Positions 18,071-26,151 of a DNA stretch of 64,000 nt are shown piece after piece (positions within the stretch are counted from its first letter, which is position 1; the number at the start of each line of letters is the position of its first letter). The notes under the pieces were generated by a model. It worked only from the letters and a program-made list of their open reading frames with translations, searched no databases and was not told the DNA's origin. The translations under genes and the position numbers were made by a program. The DNA is from a virus. Location: the IMG/VR virus record IMGVR_UViG_3300021387_000700; one strand, 5' to 3'.

Positions 18071-19846
18071 TTATATTGTACTTAATATGTTTAATATTTC
18101 GCTTGCGTTCCGTATCTTTCTTACACGGTGTATTCTTGTATCGACCTCCTCTTGGCCGTTGACGTTAAGTAAGGCCAGCATATCGCTCGCCTGCGCTTTC
18201 TTACGCATAATGCCAGCGTCGTCACGTAACATTCGGTAGCAGTCGTATATAGTGCCGCCGCAAAGGAGAATGATGTTATCCATAAGGTCGGGCGACATGC
18301 CTTTTAGCAATGCCTTCATCTTTTCCTTTGGTAGCATCTCTAAACGGCCATTCGGTGTTTTGCTGAATTGGAACACGCGACTTTCAAATACCATGTGTTT
18401 CATTACCGTAGTGCCTCCCGACCGTTTCATGTTCTTATGATTATAGTGAGCATTGGCGAGTCGCGGCTCGTAGTGGATAAGGCCGCTTTGAATCATCTCC
18501 ATAGCGACATGGCCTGCCTCGTCCTTCATCGTCTTGAATTGCGTTTTACCTCGATTGCTTGGCGAGCCTGCACCGCTAAATAATATCGCACGCGGGAAGC
18601 AATCCTTTAGGAATCCAAATCCCTGCACATCTATAATCATCTCCTTTTCTTGCAGCTTGTGCTTGTCACGGAATTGTATAGCCATGATTACGGCCTCGCG
18701 GTTGCTGTTGCTTGTGGAATATTCAATATCCCTGCACACCCAGCCGTAATGCGACCACAGCTCCCAATACTTGAATATTAAGTTATCGAATCCCGTTGTA
18801 GCCATATCCATTGTCATTCGCCGTTGCAGCACTTCGCAGCCAGCAGGCGTTTCCAATGGTCTGAACATGCGCTCCACATCGTTTGTGGCTAACTCCACGT
18901 TTGACAAATCCTCGATGCTTTCCTCTTCGTCCGTTAATGAATAATTCCAATTAACGGCGTATGCGGATGCTGCCGTAGCTGCATTTGCGGCCAGTCCGCG
19001 ATAACCTTTGTTCTTTGAAAGCATCTTTTTATTATCGCGCACATCGAAAGTGAAAAACACCATCGAAAGGATAAAGTCCTCGTAGGACATATCGGGGTCT
19101 ACAAGCAAAAGCGCATCAATGGCATCTTTTGCCTTTTCGTAAACCTCGCGCTTTGTGCGCCCCCAAACGGCCTTTTCATAATCTCCGTTCGGCATGAAGA
19201 AAAACATAACAACGCCATCCATCGACTTGTCGACCGTACCGTCGTCGTTAATCCACCCACCGCCATGCACGCCTTTTCCGCACAGCTTACGCATAAAGCA
19301 CTCTCTTTCGGGGTTCTGTGCGAGGAATACTTGCGCCTTTCCGCTTGTGTCGCTACGCAAACGCGGAAAGAATGTGGATATTGTTCGCCATAAGAATTTG
19401 TTGCACTCGTCGAAAATGAGCTTTTTCGCCTGCAAGCCTTTTGCGATTTTATCTATAACGATAGGGTTCTCGTTATCCAGCTGCTGAAACTTAATCTCAG
19501 AGCCGTTGTAGAGTTTCATACCCATGTCTTGATTGTTACGGATAATCTCGCCTATTGGGTCATGCGGCTGTTTCTTTGTTGTACGGTCGATAAGAGGGTA
19601 CATCTTTTTAAGTGTATCATTTACCTTTCCCGCGCCCCAAAAGTCGCTGATATTACGCATAAAGCATACTATCTTAGCGTTATCGTTCGTAGCAAGGTGC
19701 ATGATAGGAGCATAGTATAATGCAACGGATTTGCCACCGCCCGTACCCCCCGTAAAGCATACGACATCAGCATTAGAACGGATAGCAAACTTTTGGTTGC
19801 CATCCTCTAACGGTGCTAATACAATATCGTTACGCTTACGTGCCAT
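18071..19846 (-). CDS. terL: terminase large subunit
   Basis: Walker A FTGGTGGGKS and Walker B KLIFDE. First ATG taken (MARKRND...); the ORF track's start at 19852 is a TTG. Confidence 0.85.
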   Translation of the reverse strand: MARKRNDIVLAPLEDGNQKFAIRSNADVVCFTGGTGGGKSVALYYAPIMHLATNDNAKIVCFMRNISDFWGAGKVNDTLKKMYPLIDRTTKKQPHDPIGEIIRNNQDMGMKLYNGSEIKFQQLDNENPIVIDKIAKGLQAKKLIFDECNKFLWRTISTFFPRLRSDTSGKAQVFLAQNPERECFMRKLCGKGVHGGGWINDDGTVDKSMDGVVMFFFMPNGDYEKAVWGRTKREVYEKAKDAIDALLLVDPDMSYEDFILSMVFFTFDVRDNKKMLSKNKGYRGLAANAATAASAYAVNWNYSLTDEEESIEDLSNVELATNDVERMFRPLETPAGCEVLQRRMTMDMATTGFDNLIFKYWELWSHYGWVCRDIEYSTSNSNREAVIMAIQFRDKHKLQEKEMIIDVQGFGFLKDCFPRAILFSGAGSPSNRGKTQFKTMKDEAGHVAMEMIQSGLIHYEPRLANAHYNHKNMKRSGGTTVMKHMVFESRVFQFSKTPNGRLEMLPKEKMKALLKGMSPDLMDNIILLCGGTIYDCYRMLRDDAGIMRKKAQASDMLALLNVNGQEEVDTRIHRVRKIRNASEILNILSTI

Positions 19847-19903
19847 ACGCAAAAGTAATTAAAAATGCAACAAGTTTATAAACCTAATAGAAATTTCTTG
19901 TTG

Positions 19904-19911
19904 CAAAGATA
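19904..19911 (-). promoter_or_regulatory. -7 box TATCTTTG(CA), leftward late promoter
   Basis: Lies in the 220-nt divergent spacer, about 58 nt upstream of the terL ATG. Confidence 0.5.
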
Positions 19912-20020
19912 CACATTACTTTTCTGTATAATTGACTTGCACCAAATTAAGTTCGTGATTTTCACACGCTTTATCACGTTCTTGTGTTTATTTTACTTTT
20001 CGACTTTTCTTCTTATTTAT

Positions 20021-20028
20021 TAAATTTG
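20021..20028 (+). promoter_or_regulatory. -7 box TAAATTTG(CACCC), rightward late promoter
   Basis: Lies 45 nt upstream of ATG 20073 in the divergent spacer. Confidence 0.5.
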
Positions 20029-20072
20029 CACCCAAACAAATCTAATTGTTTAATTTTTAATAGTAGAAAACT

Positions 20073-20705
20073 ATGACAAAAGAAGAGGCTTTACAGAAAG
20101 TAAACGACTATTGTAACGAGAAAAGTTACACCGCTGCAACCCTTACCGATGGTTTTAAAGACAAGTTTGCTGAACATTTTGCAAAGCGTTATCCCGACGC
20201 TGCCGCAGATGATGAAACAGCTCTTGGCGACATGAAGTTCGCGCTTAATTCCGCTTTCAGCGGCGCAAGCACGATTATCACGGACAAAACCAAGGAGTTT
20301 GAGACGAAAGAAAACGGCTACAAATCCCAAATCGCCGAGTTGCAGAAGAAAATCAAAACTCCGCCCGCCATTGTTGAGCCGCAGATTCCGAAGGAGGTAC
20401 AAGACCAATTGGACGAATTAAAGGCTTTCAAGGATGCGAAGAGCAAGCAAGAAAAGCTTGGTAACATCATGCGCATTGCAAAGGAGGGCATCCGTTCAGA
20501 CTTACACGCGTCATTCGACAAGTTCGCTTCCGATTACGCCGTTAAGCTGGACAAGGAAGACAAGGAGCAGGCCGAAGGGCTGGTAGCAAAGTTCAAGGAC
20601 ATCTTCAAGGATTCACTTGGCGACATCCGACCTCAGAAGCCTACTACCGACGAAACGAAAGATGCAGAAATCATCGGTTCACTTCCGAAAGTAAAGATTA
20701 GCTAA
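20073..20705 (+). CDS. scaffolding protein candidate
   Basis: 210 aa, helical, K/E/D-rich. First gene of the head operon. Confidence 0.45.
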   Translation: MTKEEALQKVNDYCNEKSYTAATLTDGFKDKFAEHFAKRYPDAAADDETALGDMKFALNSAFSGASTIITDKTKEFETKENGYKSQIAELQKKIKTPPAIVEPQIPKEVQDQLDELKAFKDAKSKQEKLGNIMRIAKEGIRSDLHASFDKFASDYAVKLDKEDKEQAEGLVAKFKDIFKDSLGDIRPQKPTTDETKDAEIIGSLPKVKIS

Positions 20706-20739
20706 CATCATTTTATAAACAACTTAAAAAGGAAACATC

Positions 20740-21483
20740 ATGGTAACAAATTTAGCGTTTTTCTTCGAGACCTCCCGTAAGGTTCGTGGCGGTAAGTTTG
20801 TTTGGGTTAAGGATGGTAACGGCGAGCAACGCGGTAACGTACTGCTCGGTGGCACTATTCTGAATCCTAACAAGGGTTTCGGCAAGTTGTACGCAGCCCA
20901 GCTGGTTCAGTACGACATGCAAGGTGGATGCCTTATTTTCCGTTCTTTCGCGGCTAATAACGCCACCGCCCAAGCCTCCGACACCGTAATCTACTTAAAG
21001 GGCGACGGATATTCTGACGCTCCCGAGGTCGGCATGGTTATTATGAAAGCTCCCGATGCTGTTACGGTTAAGACAATGACCGTTGTGGCTGGTTCGGGTA
21101 GCGACCCCGATACCGTTACGGAGTCTTTCGCAGACTACACTGGTCAGTCGGGTAAGATTACCGCCGTTGAATACGATGAGGCCAACGCACGTTTCAAGGT
21201 AACACTTGATACCGCTATCGGTGCTCTCGCAGTCGGCGATGTGTTGGTAGAGGCACAAGGCACAGCCGCAAGTGCTTCCGCAAAGGTTCTTGTACCAAAG
21301 CCCAACACCTTTATCGAGAAGGATGAGGAACTGCTCCCCACCGAGGGTTATGGCTTCCAAAATGCCAACTATTCTATTTCCACCGTCTACAACAAGCAGG
21401 CTTTCATTGCCCGTATGCAGCCTCTGCCTAAGTACGTGCTTGCATTGAATAAGTCCCTTATTGACGGAATCTTTTGGATTTAA
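20740..21483 (+). CDS. capsid-associated protein (decoration-like position)
   Basis: 247 aa, between the scaffold candidate and the major capsid candidate. Called on position only. Confidence 0.3.
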   Translation: MVTNLAFFFETSRKVRGGKFVWVKDGNGEQRGNVLLGGTILNPNKGFGKLYAAQLVQYDMQGGCLIFRSFAANNATAQASDTVIYLKGDGYSDAPEVGMVIMKAPDAVTVKTMTVVAGSGSDPDTVTESFADYTGQSGKITAVEYDEANARFKVTLDTAIGALAVGDVLVEAQGTAASASAKVLVPKPNTFIEKDEELLPTEGYGFQNANYSISTVYNKQAFIARMQPLPKYVLALNKSLIDGIFWI

Positions 21484-21505
21484 TTAATAAGAAAGGAAAC
21501 AAGAT

Positions 21506-22792
21506 ATGGCACAAGCATTAAAATACCAATGGAATCCCGATGAGGCTATTGAAAAGCTTTATCAGAAAGGATTCATGGACGGAACTAACGTAGGTTTCCT
21601 CCAAACTCTGATTGACAACACTCTCGAAATCGAGGCCAACGCCTTCTTTTGGCAGGAGCACTTCACTGTCGAGGGTAACGAGTACAAGATTGACCTGCAA
21701 GACACCAAGAAGAATCCCGCTTGGACTGTTCGTCAGAAAGTCAACCGTGTCGTGCCTATGGCCGATGCAATGGCTCCTCTGTCTGAGACCGCCCAACTCG
21801 ACACCGAAGGCTGGGAGGAAAAGACTGGCTCTATCTACCAATATGGTAAGGGCTTGTTTGACACCTCTATGTCTAAGATGGAATTGCAGGCACGTCTGCG
21901 CGAGCTGAACATTCAAGACCAAAACCTCATCACGGGCTTTGTTAAGGGTGTTGCAGACCTCGTTAAGACCCACAACTTCCGCGCCTCTTACATGGCCGCA
22001 CAGACCCTTTCCTATGGTGGTGCTTATTCTAACACCAATACCATTGCATTCAAGGGTACTACTGGCTCTATCACATCGACAAAGGGATTCAGCGGCGTTT
22101 CTACAATGCAGCAGTCCTACATTCCTATCGAGAACTTCAAGAAGGCTGGCACTAAGGTTTGGTCTGCAAACGACTGCGATATTCCTTCGCAGATGCAAAA
22201 GATTGAGCACGACTTCAAGGTTGCCAAGGGTCTTTCTGACGACTTCGCTATGGAGTGGGACATCCCGTACAGCATCGTTACCTCTATCTTGATTAACAAC
22301 AGCTATTTCAAGGCCGAGGTCAATCGCTGGATTCGTCTGTATGCGCCCGACAAGGTTATCGTTGTAACCAGCGGTGCAAGCGGCATCGACGCCGATACTA
22401 TCACTTGGGAGCAGCTGGTGGCCTACAGCCGCAGCACCATCTCTAAGATTGCTCCTATCCGTGTCGTTAAGCAGCAAAGCAAGGTGCAGGATTTCACAAC
22501 CGTTACCGACGTAAGCGGCTGGAAGCCCAATACCGTTGTTCTGCGTCCGCTCGGCATGGCAGGTGTACTCGTTCACGCAGAGACTGCCGACGTTGCGCTG
22601 ATGCGTAGCGGTGAGGTGAATAGCAATATTCAATTCTCGCTGGCTAAGATTCAGAACTTCTTGTATGTAATCAACAAGATTACGCCCAACGGTATGCTCA
22701 AGTCTTACCACACGGACGTTATCGGTCGTTACGCAACCGTTCTGAATGAGTCGCTGTATCACGTAGTAGTTGATATTGCAACCGCAGACTAA
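21506..22792 (+). CDS. major capsid protein candidate
   Basis: 428 aa. Strong codon bias, shown by a long stop-free antisense frame. Position is typical. Confidence 0.55.
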   Translation: MAQALKYQWNPDEAIEKLYQKGFMDGTNVGFLQTLIDNTLEIEANAFFWQEHFTVEGNEYKIDLQDTKKNPAWTVRQKVNRVVPMADAMAPLSETAQLDTEGWEEKTGSIYQYGKGLFDTSMSKMELQARLRELNIQDQNLITGFVKGVADLVKTHNFRASYMAAQTLSYGGAYSNTNTIAFKGTTGSITSTKGFSGVSTMQQSYIPIENFKKAGTKVWSANDCDIPSQMQKIEHDFKVAKGLSDDFAMEWDIPYSIVTSILINNSYFKAEVNRWIRLYAPDKVIVVTSGASGIDADTITWEQLVAYSRSTISKIAPIRVVKQQSKVQDFTTVTDVSGWKPNTVVLRPLGMAGVLVHAETADVALMRSGEVNSNIQFSLAKIQNFLYVINKITPNGMLKSYHTDVIGRYATVLNESLYHVVVDIATAD

Positions 22793-22846
22793 AAAATCGC
22801 GATGGCTAACATGATTCGATAATCAAGGTAAAAAACTGCAAGAAAG

Positions 22847-23239
22847 ATGACGGTATTAGAATGGCTTACAGCATCAACGACATACACTCGTTTCGACGAG
22901 AAGAATCTTGTCAAGATAGCATTGGATAGAGGGTGCGACCCGAATGAAGATGCTTATGGCGATGGTGTTACAGAACAGCAGAAAGAGCTAATGACTGCTG
23001 ACATCATATTCACGGCCATACTTTTAAGCCCTTCTAATACATCGTCTTTGCAGCAGTCGCATAACGGTTTCCAAAAGACCGTTGGCTCTGAGCAGGATTT
23101 CTACCAAGATGAAAAAATCAAGTACGCCATCAAGATTTACAACAAATACGACGACGAGAGGGCAGAGATACTTGAAAACTCCCGCAGAAAGATTAAGTTC
23201 ATACCAATTGAGGACGTAGACCAAATCATACCGCAGTAA
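22847..23239 (+). CDS. head-tail connector candidate
   Basis: 130 aa. Called on position only. Confidence 0.3.
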   Translation: MTVLEWLTASTTYTRFDEKNLVKIALDRGCDPNEDAYGDGVTEQQKELMTADIIFTAILLSPSNTSSLQQSHNGFQKTVGSEQDFYQDEKIKYAIKIYNKYDDERAEILENSRRKIKFIPIEDVDQIIPQ

Positions 23240-23243
23240 AACT

Positions 23244-23585
23244 ATGATGCGCGACGAGATTCTTGAATACCCCTACCAAGGCGTGATAAACCGCATTATT
23301 GCGGGGCATGGCGACGATGATGATACTACCGTAGAAATATACAACGGTATCATGGATGAAACGATTCGCACCGATGATAACGGTCGCGCATTGCAGACCT
23401 CCAGCTATGTTATATCAATACCTTTAACCAAGGGTAGCGATAACAAATATATCATTCCTATCAAGGGCGACGAGATAACGCTGGTTCGGTTCGACCAAGA
23501 GGTATCGTTCGTGGTTGATAATGCAGAGCCTTCGCAATTGGGCGGTGTAAGTATCTATGCGACACGCAAGGAATGGAACAGCTAA
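23244..23585 (+). CDS. head-tail joining candidate
   Basis: 113 aa. Tightly packed in the operon. Confidence 0.3.
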   Translation: MMRDEILEYPYQGVINRIIAGHGDDDDTTVEIYNGIMDETIRTDDNGRALQTSSYVISIPLTKGSDNKYIIPIKGDEITLVRFDQEVSFVVDNAEPSQLGGVSIYATRKEWNS

Positions 23586-23603
23586 CACACAATACGTAAC
23601 GAT

Positions 23604-24122
23604 ATGGCAAAGACACGGTTCAAATTCAACGGAAAGCTTTGGGGTAAGCGTTTGTTCAATAGCGTTGCCGAGGAGCAGACCAAGCGGCTTATAGAGTACG
23701 CTGAAAAGGAAATCGTGAATATCGTGGAGAATGCGTCTTTTGACAATGAGACTTTCAACTTATCCGACTCCTACGTATGGTGTGTGTACTTTAACGGAAA
23801 GCGCAAGGGCTACGGCACTTATGGGCGCAAGCAGGCGAGGAAAAACTCCTTACTGCACGAATACAGCCCATCTATCAGCGTTCCCGTGAAAGGTCGCCAA
23901 TTGGCCAATGATTTTGCAAAGGCTTACAAGCCAGACCAAGACAAAGGCTGGGAAATAGTTTTTGCCGCCACAGCACCCTACGGTGCATATATGGAAGAGG
24001 GTTACACCTTTAAGGGCAAGTTCTATAAGTTCCATGTTCTTTCGCAGCGGTACGACCACATCAAGAAAGCTCTTAGTCCGCTTTGTGTAGTAACACTTGA
24101 AATTGATACGCCTAAATATTAA
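23604..24122 (+). CDS. head-tail joining / tail completion candidate
   Basis: 172 aa. Called on position only. Confidence 0.3.
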   Translation: MAKTRFKFNGKLWGKRLFNSVAEEQTKRLIEYAEKEIVNIVENASFDNETFNLSDSYVWCVYFNGKRKGYGTYGRKQARKNSLLHEYSPSISVPVKGRQLANDFAKAYKPDQDKGWEIVFAATAPYGAYMEEGYTFKGKFYKFHVLSQRYDHIKKALSPLCVVTLEIDTPKY

Positions 24123-24127
24123 GCACG

Positions 24128-24574
24128 ATGATTACGGATTCGTCACGCATACCGATATATGATTTCCTTTCGGAGATTCTTGCAGGTGTCACGGATAACA
24201 TCTATTCCATGACATTGCCTACGGAAACTACGAAATCGGACATCGAGGACGGTTTTATCGTTACCAATGTCGGCAATATCAATGATGATTCCGAGTTTGA
24301 TGGCGACGCTTACGGCTGGGTTCGCTGCACGGTTACGGCCTACATATCCAAAAAGACTCGCGGGCGTTTGAATAAGACGCTTTACGATGCCTACGATAAG
24401 GGTATTACAGCGGCCATAAAAGCCCACACGGGGCGCGTTGATGAGGGCGACTACTACATCTTAGAGGATAGCGTTCTCTCGATGGATGATAACGAGAATA
24501 CGGTAAAGGGAAACCAATACCATGCTTTCATAAAATCCTTTGTCGTCGTAATAGACCAACAAAGTAATTCGTAA
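24128..24574 (+). CDS. tail terminator/completion candidate
   Basis: 148 aa. Called on position only. Confidence 0.3.
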   Translation: MITDSSRIPIYDFLSEILAGVTDNIYSMTLPTETTKSDIEDGFIVTNVGNINDDSEFDGDAYGWVRCTVTAYISKKTRGRLNKTLYDAYDKGITAAIKAHTGRVDEGDYYILEDSVLSMDDNENTVKGNQYHAFIKSFVVVIDQQSNS

Positions 24575-24603
24575 CTAATTAAAATAAAGAAAGGAAACAA
24601 ATT

Positions 24604-25137
24604 ATGGCAAAAAAGACAACTTTGAAGCCGATTGGCCTTGGCTATCGCGCTGTTGGTTCTGCCTCAAGTGTGGCTTATACCAAGTTCATGGGTGTTTTGA
24701 AAGGACTGGCTATCGCGCAGGACGAGCCCGAATCTACCGAGATTGAGGCCGAGTTCTACGATGCACCTTTCGACATCTTCTATCAAGGTAATCCCGTGCG
24801 TCTGACCTTTGAGCTGGCAAACTACGATTTGTCGGAGCTGCCTGCCATCTTCGGTGGTACTTATACTGCTGGTTCTGCTGGCACTGGTGGTGCTGCTGGT
24901 ACTCCCGAATCATACGAGGGTGCTGCATCCGCATACACCTCAGAGCAGGAGTGGAAGCTCGACTTCGGTCGCGGCTTTGGTTCGCTGGTTATCTACAAGG
25001 GTCTAACCGTTGGTACTCTCAAGAAGGATGCCGACGGTGCTTTGAACTATTCGGTAACTATTACCGCTTTGGTTTACACCGACGCAGACCAAGTTGACCA
25101 CATGTATAAGATTATCGGCGACACCCCCACCGAGTAG
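24604..25137 (+). CDS. major tail tube protein candidate
   Basis: 177 aa, immediately upstream of the chaperone frameshift pair and the tape measure. Confidence 0.6.
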   Translation: MAKKTTLKPIGLGYRAVGSASSVAYTKFMGVLKGLAIAQDEPESTEIEAEFYDAPFDIFYQGNPVRLTFELANYDLSELPAIFGGTYTAGSAGTGGAAGTPESYEGAASAYTSEQEWKLDFGRGFGSLVIYKGLTVGTLKKDADGALNYSVTITALVYTDADQVDHMYKIIGDTPTE

Positions 25138-25150
25138 TCCAAGCATGGCA

Positions 25151-25261
25151 ATTCTAACGTTTTCGTGAACGTGAGGGGTGCGTTGTTGGGGTGTCCCCGA
25201 TGATGCGCCCCTTTGCTTTACGAAATGCCGTTAGAATCAAAATAAACTACGTTCACGAAAA
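25151..25261 (+). other. structured intergenic element with interleaved inverted repeats
   Basis: A attctaacg 25151-59 pairs with A' cgttagaat 25229-37. B ttttcgtgaacgt 25160-72 pairs with B' acgttcacgaaaa 25249-61 (13/13). Inner C/C' is 25174-82 / 25204-12, and there is a ggggtgtcccc hairpin at 25188-98. Confidence 0.5.
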
Positions 25262-25271
25262 AAGTTATATT

Positions 25272-25886
25272 ATGGCAAAGGAAAACGAGAACAAGCAGGT
25301 AGCGCAGGAGCAAGAGGAGATAAAGGATTTTCCAATTGACATCCAAAAAAACATCGTTGAGATAATCAATGATACGCCATCCTTGATACGCCTTGGTGAT
25401 AAGGAGTATAAGGTAAAGGGTATGCGCTATTATTCGTTGTACCGTATATGCAACCTTGTATTAGATATGCGTAAGGCTGATGAAACGTTAGATACTGACC
25501 AAAAGGTTATAACTGCCTTGTGTACCGATTTGGATGCCATGTGTGAAATCATGGCCATTGTGCTTTGCAATCACCTTTTCACTCCCGACGGGAACAATCT
25601 TACTTGGGAGGAGGTTCGCACAAAGAACGACTACTATGTAAGCGTTATGAAGGCAAAGGTCATGCAGAGCACATTTGATGCAAACCAATGGGCGGCAATT
25701 GTGCTGGGCGCAATAAAATCAATAGATTTATCCGCTTTTTTTTTACTCAAAAAATCGGTGAGTACGCTTACGGGTTCACTTCTGATGCGGAAGAAGAAAT
25801 CGGAGGAGACAGCATCACTATTTATGGAAGCACTATCATTGCAGATGCAGCAGACTTCCTCAGAGCCTTCCCACAATACCGATTAG
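25272..25886 (+). CDS. tail assembly chaperone (G-like, zero-frame product)
   Basis: Start at ATG 25272 (MAKENENK...). Lies between the tail tube and tape-measure genes. Confidence 0.7.
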   Translation: MAKENENKQVAQEQEEIKDFPIDIQKNIVEIINDTPSLIRLGDKEYKVKGMRYYSLYRICNLVLDMRKADETLDTDQKVITALCTDLDAMCEIMAIVLCNHLFTPDGNNLTWEEVRTKNDYYVSVMKAKVMQSTFDANQWAAIVLGAIKSIDLSAFFLLKKSVSTLTGSLLMRKKKSEETASLFMEALSLQMQQTSSEPSHNTD

Positions 25887-26122
25887 ATGATTACCTCTAT
25901 CGGTTAAGCATCGCGCAAGTGCAGTTTATGGCTGTTGACAATACGCACACGAAATACTTACGTGGTACGGACAAAAAAGCTTGGCAAAACTTTAAGGATG
26001 CATACGAGGCACAGAAGAAACTCGAACGGTTCTTTAATTCTATCGGTGCGCCTAAAAACCTTGCTGCTGGAGAGGAGATGGAAATCCCCATGCCGCAGCG
26101 AAACAAGAAAAAGAAAGAATAG
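25272..26122 (+). CDS. tail assembly chaperone, -1 frameshift fusion (GT-like)
   Basis: The -1 frame ORF at 25688-26122 overlaps the zero-frame ORF. An in-phase T TTT TTT heptamer lies at 25736-25742. Confidence 0.65.
25736..25742 (+). promoter_or_regulatory. programmed -1 ribosomal frameshift slippery heptamer TTTTTTT
   Basis: Lies within a T9 run (25736-25744). The zero frame reads GCT TTT TTT TTA, which fits the X XXY YYZ phasing. Confidence 0.65.
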
Positions 26123-26151
26123 TTATAAACTCTATATATACACTTTAAGAT

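Noticed and set aside
21518-22762. 414-aa ORF antisense to the major capsid gene. A similar 359-aa ORF (30181-31260) is antisense to the tape measure gene.
   Set aside because: These are mirror ORFs, produced when a strongly codon-biased gene avoids TTA/CTA/TCA codons. The composition is Leu/Val/Arg-rich and there is no promoter or start context. The sense genes are far better supported.
25160-25261. The 13-bp inverted repeats ttttcgtgaacgt / acacgttcacgaaaa-type pair (B 25160-72 / B' 25249-61) as a possible recombinase-invertible switch. The core ACGTTCAC vaguely resembles Bacteroides invertase sites.
   Set aside because: The enclosed segment is only 76 bp, carries no TAnnTTTG box in either orientation, and matches the known invertase IR consensus only partially. 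An RNA-level structure is the simpler reading.
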